From Thermoplasmata archaeon (GTDB lineage Archaea > Thermoplasmatota > Thermoplasmata > Thermoplasmatales > GCA-001856825), in contig JAGDXP010000022.1 of NCBI GenBank assembly GCA_023256475.1, positions 9,929 through 73,928 on the forward strand: a DNA stretch of 64,000 nucleotides, written 5' to 3'. Positions 10,212 through 19,021 of this stretch are shown here, piece after piece; the stretch's first letter is position 1; every line of letters begins with the position of its first letter. A program made the position numbers and the translations under genes. The notes under the pieces are model-generated. The model was not told the DNA's origin and searched no databases. It saw nothing but the letters and a program-made list of their open reading frames with translations.

Positions 10212-10697
10212 ATGGAGAAGGAACTTCCTAGGCACGATATGGGTGAAAGAAAAAGACTCAAAATTCATATTTTAACAGTATCAAGTTCAAGGTCACTGGA
10301 AACAGACGAGTCTGGTAAATTAATTGAGGATTTTATGCATACTGAGCATCAAGTATCCAGGTCACTTTGTCCAGACGAACAGACCAGAATTTTAAGGGAA
10401 ATATTCTGCAATATTGAAAAGGATGCAATCATAGTTACAGGCGGAACAGGCCCATCTGTTAAGGATGTTACTATTACTGCAATCTCAAAGATTGCTGAAA
10501 AGGAAATAAGAGGCTTTGGAGAGCTATTCAGGCAATATTCAGGAAAAGATATAGCATACTTTTCAAATGCCTCCTTATTTATAGTGGGTAGAACTCAAAT
10601 CTACTGTCTTCCAGGTTCTGCAGATTCCGTTAAGAGGGGATTAGAAGTAATAGATAAATTCATCTATCACGTTTATCATGAGCTTCATAAAGAGTAA
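10212..10697 (+). CDS. moaB: molybdenum cofactor biosynthesis protein MoaB (MogA/MoaB fold)
   Basis: Motifs ILTVSSSR and TGGTGPSVKD. I chose ATG 10212 because a TATA-like atagattta lies about 25 nt upstream. The ORF track starts at 10164. Confidence 0.8.
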   Translation: MEKELPRHDMGERKRLKIHILTVSSSRSLETDESGKLIEDFMHTEHQVSRSLCPDEQTRILREIFCNIEKDAIIVTGGTGPSVKDVTITAISKIAEKEIRGFGELFRQYSGKDIAYFSNASLFIVGRTQIYCLPGSADSVKRGLEVIDKFIYHVYHELHKE

Positions 10698-10702
10698 GAA
10701 AA

Positions 10703-12595
10703 TCAAGAAATAATTTCGCCCATATTTTCTGGGAATATGTAACCAGATGGTGGTTTTGTATCCTTTAATGATTTTAAATTTTCAATGAATCTTTTTCCAA
10801 TATCGCTTTTCAAAAATTCCTTGGAGGCCATGATGTCATAGCTTTCCTTCTTTACTTCATAGAATTTTAAACTGAACAAATCCGCGTAGTATTTTATGCT
10901 GATTCCGACGTCAGCTCTGCCTTGAAGGACTGACCTGGCAACAGCGGCATGGCTCTTAGCTTCCCAAAAATAATTGTTTATTTTGGATTTTTCAAAACCA
11001 TTTCCCAGTTCAAATTCGATCAATTCATCAATAATGGCTCTGGTTCCAGATCCCCTATTCCTATTGACGAATATTGCTTTCTTTTCAATAATTTCCTTGA
11101 AGGATTTGTAACCATTTCTTGAGATAAATCCCTGAATCCTGTCAAATCCCCTTATAAGAGACGCCTTTGATTTAAGTTCGTCATCCATCACAAATGTATT
11201 GTACTCTCCATTTTTATACAGGTGCAAACCGCCTAGGTCTGAATATCCATTAACCATTGCTTCCACAGCTCCCAAAGAACCCGCATTTATAATGGTTGCA
11301 TTGTTTGTTGTTGATAGAATAACCCTCTCCAGTATTGGGTCATTACTGCCTATGGCAATTAACTCCTTCTTACGATCCACTATGGGGTAGAAATTGACCA
11401 TATCTCCCTTATCATAGAACGTTCTGTCGCCTGAAACAATCATGAATCCATCAGCTTGGGTTATCCTGCTAATGCTGCCGGATTCTCCAAATATGGGATA
11501 AATGCTGCCATTTCTGCCAACAATCCCAGGCAATATGAGCTCTTTCCCCCTCTCAGGAGTTATTTTCATTCCCAACTTAACATCTTGGGATTTTCCAATT
11601 TCAATGTTATAAGGTGAAAGGATAGATGGAATTATTACCGTATAGAGAACAGAGGCTGCCGATAGTGGAAAACCAGGCAAACCTATTATTAATCTATCAC
11701 GAATAGAATATAAAAATGAAGGCTTTCCCGGCTTTATGGCTATACCGTGATACAATGGAATTGCTCCCATATCATCCAAAACGGCATATAACAGGTCGTG
11801 GAAACCAGCAGAAGTAGATCCTGATGTGAAAATAACCTGATATTTTTTGAAGGAGGATTCCAGCATTTCCTTTATGGATTCATAATCATCCCTTATTATC
11901 CCTAAATAATCTGATTCAATCAATTTATACGAATCTAGGAGGGCTTTGACGTAGGGCCCATTAACATCATAAATTTGACCAAATTCAATTTTATTTCCCG
12001 GTAAAATAATTTCATTTCCTGTGGATAGGATTCCAACTTTCAGTTTTGATAAGACAGATACCTTCCCAATTCCAGATGCACTTAAAAGTGCAACCTTCTC
12101 AGCTGAAATTCTTTCGCCTTTTCTTAGTATGATTTCTTCTACGGAGAAATCACTTCCGGCATGAGCGATATTCTCTCCAGGGGCAGTTGGTCGATATATA
12201 TAGACGTAATCTCCTTCTCTCTTAGTAAACTCAACCATGACAACAGAATCTGCCCCCCTGGGTATAGGTGCACCTGTTGCTATATAGATACATTCGTTAA
12301 GCCCATCCAACTTTGCCAAAGACTTACTTCCAGCTTCTATTGCGCCAACGACTTTTAATCTGATTGGGTTATAATCATCCGCATTCAAAATAGCCCTATG
12401 ATCCAGAGCATATCCATCAACTTCAGACCTATCGAAGGGAGGATTATCAAGCGCTGAGTAAACATCCTCAGCACTTATCAATCCAACTGAATCAGTTATA
12501 TCAACCATTTCAGTAGAGATCATCTTTTTAAGAGAATCGCTTAGGATTTTTTTAGCATCATCAATAGAAACAAGTTTATGAAAAATCTTGACCAT
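10703..12595 (-). CDS. moeA: molybdopterin molybdenum/tungsten transferase MoeA fused to a C-terminal PBP-like oxyanion-binding domain
   Basis: MoeA motifs PPFDRSEVDGYA, TGAPIPRGADSVVMVE and GIAIKPGKP. The extra ~230 aa (IAIGSNDP...GSLGAVEAMVNGYSDLGGLHLY) resemble the PBP_like domain. ATG 12595 follows the upstream TAA by 2 nt; the alternative is GTG 12604. Confidence 0.8.
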   Translation of the reverse strand: MVKIFHKLVSIDDAKKILSDSLKKMISTEMVDITDSVGLISAEDVYSALDNPPFDRSEVDGYALDHRAILNADDYNPIRLKVVGAIEAGSKSLAKLDGLNECIYIATGAPIPRGADSVVMVEFTKREGDYVYIYRPTAPGENIAHAGSDFSVEEIILRKGERISAEKVALLSASGIGKVSVLSKLKVGILSTGNEIILPGNKIEFGQIYDVNGPYVKALLDSYKLIESDYLGIIRDDYESIKEMLESSFKKYQVIFTSGSTSAGFHDLLYAVLDDMGAIPLYHGIAIKPGKPSFLYSIRDRLIIGLPGFPLSAASVLYTVIIPSILSPYNIEIGKSQDVKLGMKITPERGKELILPGIVGRNGSIYPIFGESGSISRITQADGFMIVSGDRTFYDKGDMVNFYPIVDRKKELIAIGSNDPILERVILSTTNNATIINAGSLGAVEAMVNGYSDLGGLHLYKNGEYNTFVMDDELKSKASLIRGFDRIQGFISRNGYKSFKEIIEKKAIFVNRNRGSGTRAIIDELIEFELGNGFEKSKINNYFWEAKSHAAVARSVLQGRADVGISIKYYADLFSLKFYEVKKESYDIMASKEFLKSDIGKRFIENLKSLKDTKPPSGYIFPENMGEIIS

Positions 12596-12597
12596 AC

Positions 12598-13791
12598 TTA
12601 GCACCTCAAGAGTTTTATATTAACTTCCTCTCCTTCAGGGAATCCTTCAACATTCTCAGGTACTGTTAATATTCCATCAGCATTAATAATGGATGATATC
12701 ACCCCAGAACCAGTAACCTTAAGAGGTTCTGCTTCAAAGTTTTCCAATAATCTTACCCTCACGTAAGATCTGAATCCTAGTGTGTTTACAACGGCACGAT
12801 TTAATTTTGCCTTGACATAATAATCCTTTATTGGCTGGAAATTAAACCAGTACCTGATAAGGGGATCAATAACATTCTCTAATGCCATAAGAGATGCTAC
12901 TGGCAAACCAGAAATCATAAATACAGGTGTTCCTTCAATTATTCCCAATCCTGTGGTTCTACCTGGTCTCATTTTAATCCCATGGAACAGAATTTTACCG
13001 GTTGATCTAACAAATTCAACAGTCAGGTCATGTTCACCCGGACCTGTTCCACCTGTTAAAATCAGCACATCCGTTTTCTCCTTTGTCAACTTTGAAAATA
13101 TATCCCCGTAATTATCAGCTGCTATTCCAAGATTTACCGGGCTATAGCCGTATCTCTTTAAAGTTTCAATCAGTAAGTACTGAGTAGTGTTCTTAACTTT
13201 CCCCGATAGAAGTTCATCCCCAGTTGAAAGTATTCCTATTCTAAGGTCAAAAGTTTTAAGATTTCTTACCCCTGTTTCCATTAGCGCAACTAGCTTTGCT
13301 GGGCTTATAATCTCTCCCCTTGAAAGTATCCTTTCTCCTTTTTTTATATCTTCACCTGCAAAGCTTACGTTCTGGAAAGGTCTCAGGCCCTTGATTACTT
13401 TCAGATATTCACCTTGAATTATTGCATCTTCATCCATCAATACAGAATCGGCACCACGCGGTAACCTCCCCCCGGTGAGTACTCTCACCGTTTCATCACC
13501 TTTCAATTCCTGCTCGAATGGATTATCTGGTGTTGATATTCCTATTATCCTCATGGAAATTGGGTTGGAATTTGATGCGGATAGAACAAATTTTGAATTC
13601 AACGCATAACCGTCCACAGCACTTTTATCCTCAGATGGATAGTCCTTTGGAGAAACAACATCTTCCGCGGCTATCTTTCCCACAGCATATTGGGCATTAA
13701 TTTCAAATATTCTTTCTTCCAATTCAAGCTCTTTCTTGGATTCCCTTCCAATCTTTATGGCCTCATCAAGGGAAATATAATCCCTTATCAT
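12598..13791 (-). CDS. moeA: MoeA paralogue (stand-alone)
   Basis: Motifs SEDKSAVDGYAL, LTGGRLPRGADSVLM, TGGTGPGEHD and GIKMRPGRT. Confidence 0.85.
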   Translation of the reverse strand: MIRDYISLDEAIKIGRESKKELELEERIFEINAQYAVGKIAAEDVVSPKDYPSEDKSAVDGYALNSKFVLSASNSNPISMRIIGISTPDNPFEQELKGDETVRVLTGGRLPRGADSVLMDEDAIIQGEYLKVIKGLRPFQNVSFAGEDIKKGERILSRGEIISPAKLVALMETGVRNLKTFDLRIGILSTGDELLSGKVKNTTQYLLIETLKRYGYSPVNLGIAADNYGDIFSKLTKEKTDVLILTGGTGPGEHDLTVEFVRSTGKILFHGIKMRPGRTTGLGIIEGTPVFMISGLPVASLMALENVIDPLIRYWFNFQPIKDYYVKAKLNRAVVNTLGFRSYVRVRLLENFEAEPLKVTGSGVISSIINADGILTVPENVEGFPEGEEVNIKLLRC

Positions 13792-13816
13792 ATGTTAATA
13801 ATGAAATTTCCCTATT

Positions 13817-14683
13817 TCAATATTGAAGCTTTCTGAGCTTTCCGAAATTCAATTTATTTCCTTTGGGAAATGAGCTGGTCCTAACGTAGAAATAATTACC
13901 GTCAATTTCAACCCTGAAAACACCTTGGGAAATTACTTCATAATCATATCCAGAATCTCCAAATGTTACTCCGTTGGGATCTGCAGTGTAATACTCATCT
14001 TTAATCTTTATCAGGTTCAAGGGTGATATAAGAGATGCTGTCCTGTAGTGGGTAATCTGATCCAACGAATTTACGTTTTCTATAACCTCACCTTTCCATA
14101 TAGAGACTATGTTTTGGAAATTGTATAGAAATTCTCCATAGACATTGGTGGTTATAATGTATGGAACATTGAATCTAACAGAATACTTCTCAATTATATC
14201 TCTGACAATCATCTTATTTATTTGGTCCTGAAAAGAAAAAGGTTCATCGAAAAGCATCAATTTTGATTCGGATATTAAACATCTGCCAATGGCTAATCTC
14301 TGGGATTCACCAGATGAAAGATTTGCGCCTTTCAGGTTTTCCTTTTCCGCAAGCCCGAGATCGTTTATTAGATCATCATAAATGCCATCTCTTTTCCTCT
14401 TTGGGAATAATAAGTTCTCCTTCACGCTTCTATCCATAAAAATATTTAACGCTGCCGAAAGCATGCAAACGCCTCTTTCCTCTATGGGCAGCGAATTAAC
14501 TTCAGAATTTTCTATATAGATTTTTCCACTTGATGGTATGAAGCCAGCAATAGATCGGAGCAGTGTTGTCTTTCCAGAACCATTCTCTCCAATTAAAAGC
14601 GTGCTCCTTCCCGATAAATTCAAATCATCTATATGAAGCTCAAATTTACCGCGCTTAACCTTGAGATCAATAATATGCAGCAT
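13817..14683 (-). CDS. wtpC: tungstate/molybdate ABC transporter ATP-binding protein
   Basis: Walker A GENGSGKTT, signature LSSGESQR and Walker B LMLFDEP. It overlaps the permease gene by 17 nt. Substrate is inferred from the WtpA-like neighbour. Confidence 0.75.
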   Translation of the reverse strand: MLHIIDLKVKRGKFELHIDDLNLSGRSTLLIGENGSGKTTLLRSIAGFIPSSGKIYIENSEVNSLPIEERGVCMLSAALNIFMDRSVKENLLFPKRKRDGIYDDLINDLGLAEKENLKGANLSSGESQRLAIGRCLISESKLMLFDEPFSFQDQINKMIVRDIIEKYSVRFNVPYIITTNVYGEFLYNFQNIVSIWKGEVIENVNSLDQITHYRTASLISPLNLIKIKDEYYTADPNGVTFGDSGYDYEVISQGVFRVEIDGNYFYVRTSSFPKGNKLNFGKLRKLQY

Positions 14684-15467
14684 CTTTTCCCTCCAATAGT
14701 TTGATAATAAGAAGCGTTATGAGTCCCGTGATAATCAAAATTGATGAGGATTCGGCGGCGGGAATCAGTCCATTACCTATGAATTGTGAATAAATGAAAA
14801 CACCTACCAAATGTGTGAAGCTGGGCAGTATATAATAGGCGACTATTAGCATCGAACCAACTTCCGATATGGATCTTGCCCAGGTTAACGCCATCCCCCT
14901 AAGAATGGATCTCCACATAAACGGAATTGATACCAGTACAAACGCCTCCAATGGCTTATAACCAAAGCTCCTGGCCATATTTTCATATTCAATAGCATTT
15001 TTTGTGTAAGAAACTTGTATTGTTCTTACAGAATATGCGGAGGCAAGGAAAAAGAGGGTGATAATTACTGCAAAAAATGTATCATCAAATCTATAATCAG
15101 GATAAATTTTAGAAATAAGCGAGCCTATGGGCATGGTTGGTTCGAATGTTAATAGCATAATGATGCCAACGACGGTATGGGGAATCATTATAGGCAATTC
15201 TACAAGGGAATCAATAAACCTGAAGAATGAGTTATGGATTCTGGAAATAAAATATGTGTAGGGGAGGGCAAAACCCACACTAATAATTGCCACTATGAAT
15301 GCCATAAAATATGTGAGTTCAATTGACTGGATTATTCCAGATTTGGAATCCTGCATTAGGCCACTTATGCTTGTGAAAAAGAGAGTCCTAAGGATCGGTA
15401 CAATAATTATCCCAAAATAAACAATAACAAAAATTAAAAAAACAAAATAGAGTTTATCATGTTTCAT
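14667..15467 (-). CDS. wtpB: tungstate/molybdate ABC transporter permease
   Basis: 266 aa, 6 TM, with an EAA-like loop ENMARSFGYKPLEAFVLVSIP. 4-nt overlap with wtpA. Confidence 0.75.
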   Translation of the reverse strand: MKHDKLYFVFLIFVIVYFGIIIVPILRTLFFTSISGLMQDSKSGIIQSIELTYFMAFIVAIISVGFALPYTYFISRIHNSFFRFIDSLVELPIMIPHTVVGIIMLLTFEPTMPIGSLISKIYPDYRFDDTFFAVIITLFFLASAYSVRTIQVSYTKNAIEYENMARSFGYKPLEAFVLVSIPFMWRSILRGMALTWARSISEVGSMLIVAYYILPSFTHLVGVFIYSQFIGNGLIPAAESSSILIITGLITLLIIKLLEGKDAAYY

Positions 15468-16633
15468 ATTTCTTCATAAGAGTTCGTTGGAATGTATGCT
15501 GGGACAGGTTGCCCAAGCTGTGAAATTAGGGATGGAGGTTGACCATATACAAATGGAACTGAGATTGGATCGAAGTCACTGTTGTTTAAGATTTGCTGGC
15601 CTAGAGATGTAACCAGGAAGTATATGAAGGTTTCATCATTATTGAGGTATTTTGTTTTGGAAAGGATTGTTGCACCGTAAAGAATGGGGCCGCCTGGATA
15701 ATTTCCAATGTTGTCGATTGAGGGTCCTGTTGAATTAACCTCCTGGTAGAACATAACCTGATTCCTCTGTATCGATCCCAGGTTAATCCATGAACTCAAT
15801 CCATTGGATCCATTTGCATTCTTGAAGTAATATAGGTGCTGATTTATGGCTTGGGATTTGTAGGTTAGTGCATAGTCCGCTGCACCGGACTCAAGGTATC
15901 CATCTAGTCCGATCTCCACTGTTGTCAATTTAAGGTCACCTACCTTCAATTTGTACTGGAACAGTTGATCGTACAGTGCCATAGAGTCATTTATTGGGTA
16001 GTTTCCGCCATAATGTTCAGATGCCAGCGTGCCATTTGGACCGAACCAGGAATTCCATGCTCTGTTGTAAATCATGAACTCGTGGAAATTATTATCCCAT
16101 GCCATTCTAACATAAGGGTTAGACCAGTTTGTATAATAAATTCCTGCCAATTTTATCATTTCTATGGCCTGGAAACCGCTAGGATCAAGGGATGCATTGG
16201 ATGCTGCAACAATTACACCTTTCGCAGATATATTCTCAAACCAGAAGGCACCAGGTTGTATATTATATGATTGATTTATCCATGTTATGGCCATTTCATT
16301 GGTGGCAAATATTATCATCCAGTTGGTGTAATTGGGCATCAACATTGATGGAATAACTCCAGCAGCAGCCGATATAAATATATCATAGGGTTGTCCCGAT
16401 TGAATCTGTCTCGCCCCAGAAACGGAACCGCCAAAGCTCATGCCGATTTTTATGCCTGTTAAGTTTGAAAATTCAGGTATGAAATTATTACCAATTGCAT
16501 ATTTTAAGGAACCCGCTGCAAAACCTGTTATAGTTACAGTGGTTTTAGATTCCCTGGGTGCTGCATAGTATCCAATGGCAATTCCAGCTATGAACAAAAT
16601 TATTATTATGATTACGGCTATAGTGGTCTTCAC
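15464..16633 (-). CDS. wtpA: tungstate-binding protein WtpA family, N-terminal membrane anchor
   Basis: Segments FAAGSL, NYTNWMIIFATNEMAITW and DPSGFQAIEMIKLAGIYY align with Pyrococcus WtpA (FHAGSL, FANWTIMFAKNQIVLAY, DPCGYRSLMAIQLAELYY) as I remember it. Confidence 0.75.
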   Translation of the reverse strand: MKTTIAVIIIIILFIAGIAIGYYAAPRESKTTVTITGFAAGSLKYAIGNNFIPEFSNLTGIKIGMSFGGSVSGARQIQSGQPYDIFISAAAGVIPSMLMPNYTNWMIIFATNEMAITWINQSYNIQPGAFWFENISAKGVIVAASNASLDPSGFQAIEMIKLAGIYYTNWSNPYVRMAWDNNFHEFMIYNRAWNSWFGPNGTLASEHYGGNYPINDSMALYDQLFQYKLKVGDLKLTTVEIGLDGYLESGAADYALTYKSQAINQHLYYFKNANGSNGLSSWINLGSIQRNQVMFYQEVNSTGPSIDNIGNYPGGPILYGATILSKTKYLNNDETFIYFLVTSLGQQILNNSDFDPISVPFVYGQPPSLISQLGQPVPAYIPTNSYEEI

Positions 16634-16727
16634 TATTAAAAATTAATAATAGGGATTAATAGGTTTCCAAAGTTTTAACAGGCCAAAATTGATTAATTAT
16701 AAATTCTCATTTTCACTATTTAGAAAA

Positions 16728-17000
16728 ATGGTTAAGATAATCTATTATGCCACGTTGAGGAATTCATTGGGTCTCAAAGAGGAAATTATTGATTTTGCAG
16801 GGCCTGTATCAAAACTTTTGGATATACTCTTGAGTAAATATGGAGACAAATTAAGGGAGAAATTGTTCAATGATAATGCCCTCATATCCAATGTTATAAT
16901 TCTGAAAAATGGCATCAACATTAAATTCATTGCAGGCTTGAATACCGAAATATCTAATGAGGATGAATTAGATATATTTCCACCAGTGGCAGGAGGTTAG
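16728..17000 (+). CDS. MoaD/ThiS-family beta-grasp protein with C-terminal diglycine (SAMP-like)
   Basis: About 90 aa starting MVKIIYYATLR and ending FPPVAGG-stop. ATG 16728 was chosen over the longer track ORF (16689). Confidence 0.7.
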   Translation: MVKIIYYATLRNSLGLKEEIIDFAGPVSKLLDILLSKYGDKLREKLFNDNALISNVIILKNGINIKFIAGLNTEISNEDELDIFPPVAGG

Positions 17001-17023
17001 AGAAAAATTTTGAAAAATGAAAA

Positions 17024-18835
17024 TCAATCAAAATAGAAATCGAGATTCAATTCCGAAATTTTCTCTTTAGTGGGTATTCCCTCTTCATCCCAACCCCTTA
17101 CCTTGTAGTACTCTTTTATAAGTTCTTTGAGGGGTATAATGGTTCCCTTTCTAGGTCCAGATGGTATAGGAACCTCCAATAATCTTCTTGGAAGAGTATC
17201 ATCCTCCGGTTTAATACCTGCTTTTAAATTGAAAAGTCTTTCGAGATTCCAGTTTCTTTCTGCAGCCATTAAAATTTCTTCTTTGGTATAATCAAAACCA
17301 GTTACCGCATTTATCAGATCTATGTAATCATCAATGTTAAGTGCAAATGAGGGGAATTGGCAGAGTCCTGAACAATCCATTATTTCTGTAAAATCCTGCA
17401 CATATTTAACAAGCTCTGCCTTTCCATCAAATTTTACTGGATCAGAAACTGGTTCAACCCCTAAAATTTCATTGGATATGGTATAAGCTCTCATATGGGA
17501 TCCGCCTATATTAGAGGTGGCGTACTCCAATCCTATCCCCCAAGCCCCCCTTGGATCATATGCAGCAATTTCCTGGCCCTTGACACTCATAGAAACATCC
17601 GGGTCTCCATACATTTCTCCCAGCCTTAATGAACCTTCGGCCAATTTATTTCCAAAGCCATTTCTGTAGGCTAGTGTATTGCTCATTTCAAGAAGTGCTG
17701 CAGCATTTCCAAATTTTGGCTTAGTTGGCCCAACATCCTTGTCCGGAATTTTGCCATTTTCATACAATTCCATTGCAGCGGATATGGTGAGTCCGGCACT
17801 TATGGTGTCGTAGCCTAATCTATCTGCGTTATCATTTGCGGCTATCACAAAGTAAAGGTCATGAATACCGACATTTGGCCCCAATGCCCAGGTACTTTCA
17901 TACTCCGGTCCTTCACTTATCCTCTCATTGTATTTCACTACCCTGCCGCAGGCTATGGGGCATGCAAAACAAGGTTGATTATGCAAAAGATATGTTTCAG
18001 CTAGAGTTTCACCGCTGACGTATTCAGCATAAGGATCATCTCCCGATTCGGTAAGATTTCTATTTGTGTAGATTCCAGACTTATTTATAATATTCACTAG
18101 GACCTCTGTTCCAAATTTTGTCAGACCTTGTGAAGTTACAGGATTTTCTTTAATTTTTCTTAGGGATCTTTTCAATATTTCTGAATACATTTCTGGATGT
18201 GCAATTTTTGGTACTTTACCTCCAACTGCCACAATTGCTTTGAGCTTCTTAGAACCCATTACAGCACCCACACCATTTCTACCTGCGGCTCTGTGCCTAT
18301 CATTCATTATGGATGCAAACCTTACAAGGTTTTCACCCGCCGGTCCTATACAAGCTACACTCATATTCTTCCCATATACCTTTTCCAGTTCATCTGTAGT
18401 CTCAAATACATCCTTACCCCAAATGTTTGATGCGTCGTGAAGATTTGCCTCGCCATTATTTATGTAGAGATATACAGGTTTGTCCGACCTGCCCTTTATA
18501 ATGATCATGTCAAATCCAGAATGTTTTAGTCTTGCACCAAAGTAACCTCCCGAATTGCTCCTAGTGATTGTTCCAGTGAGAGGACTTTTAGTCACAACCA
18601 TATATCTGGATGCAGTTGGTGCACTAGTTCCAGTTAATGGACCGGGAGCAATTATTAGCTCGTTGGATTCATCATAAGGGTCAACCTTTGGATCTACCTC
18701 ATCTACAAAATATCTCGTTGCCAATCCCTGCCCGCCTATATATTCACGTGCCCACTCCATGTTTGTATCTTCCACTTTCACCTGGCCACTGGTTAGATCC
18801 ACCCTTAGGAGTTTCCCGGTAAAACCTCCATACAT
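17024..18835 (-). CDS. aor: tungsten-containing aldehyde:ferredoxin oxidoreductase (AOR family)
   Basis: N-terminus MYGGFTGKLLRVDL. [4Fe-4S] ligands CFACPIAC plus SGLCQF. Also GRNGVGAVMGSKKLKA. ATG 18835 was chosen; the track ORF begins at TTG 18844. Confidence 0.9.
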   Translation of the reverse strand: MYGGFTGKLLRVDLTSGQVKVEDTNMEWAREYIGGQGLATRYFVDEVDPKVDPYDESNELIIAPGPLTGTSAPTASRYMVVTKSPLTGTITRSNSGGYFGARLKHSGFDMIIIKGRSDKPVYLYINNGEANLHDASNIWGKDVFETTDELEKVYGKNMSVACIGPAGENLVRFASIMNDRHRAAGRNGVGAVMGSKKLKAIVAVGGKVPKIAHPEMYSEILKRSLRKIKENPVTSQGLTKFGTEVLVNIINKSGIYTNRNLTESGDDPYAEYVSGETLAETYLLHNQPCFACPIACGRVVKYNERISEGPEYESTWALGPNVGIHDLYFVIAANDNADRLGYDTISAGLTISAAMELYENGKIPDKDVGPTKPKFGNAAALLEMSNTLAYRNGFGNKLAEGSLRLGEMYGDPDVSMSVKGQEIAAYDPRGAWGIGLEYATSNIGGSHMRAYTISNEILGVEPVSDPVKFDGKAELVKYVQDFTEIMDCSGLCQFPSFALNIDDYIDLINAVTGFDYTKEEILMAAERNWNLERLFNLKAGIKPEDDTLPRRLLEVPIPSGPRKGTIIPLKELIKEYYKVRGWDEEGIPTKEKISELNLDFYFD

Positions 18836-19021
18836 AATGGTCAATTATTCTATGGAACTCCACCTATAAAGAATTATTGAATATAGAAGCTCGCAGAAAT
18901 TAATCTGATATTCTTGGTAAAGGGGGAATTGGGGAAGCGGTATTTAGAGAATCACACTTTTACAGCAATTTGGTTTGATGACTCAGAAAAACATATGAAC
19001 CAATATTTCTTAGACTTAATT

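Noticed and set aside
10067-10261. 64-codon minus-strand ORF overlapping the moaB start region
   Set aside because: It is antisense to the well-supported moaB 5' end. It has no motif and its composition is typical of a shadow ORF.
18914-19021. 36-codon N-terminal extension of the second AOR gene in the ORF track
   Set aside because: The extension has no counterpart in AOR-family N-termini. GTG 19022 reproduces the canonical FGxxGKILxVDL start. I kept it only as an alternative.
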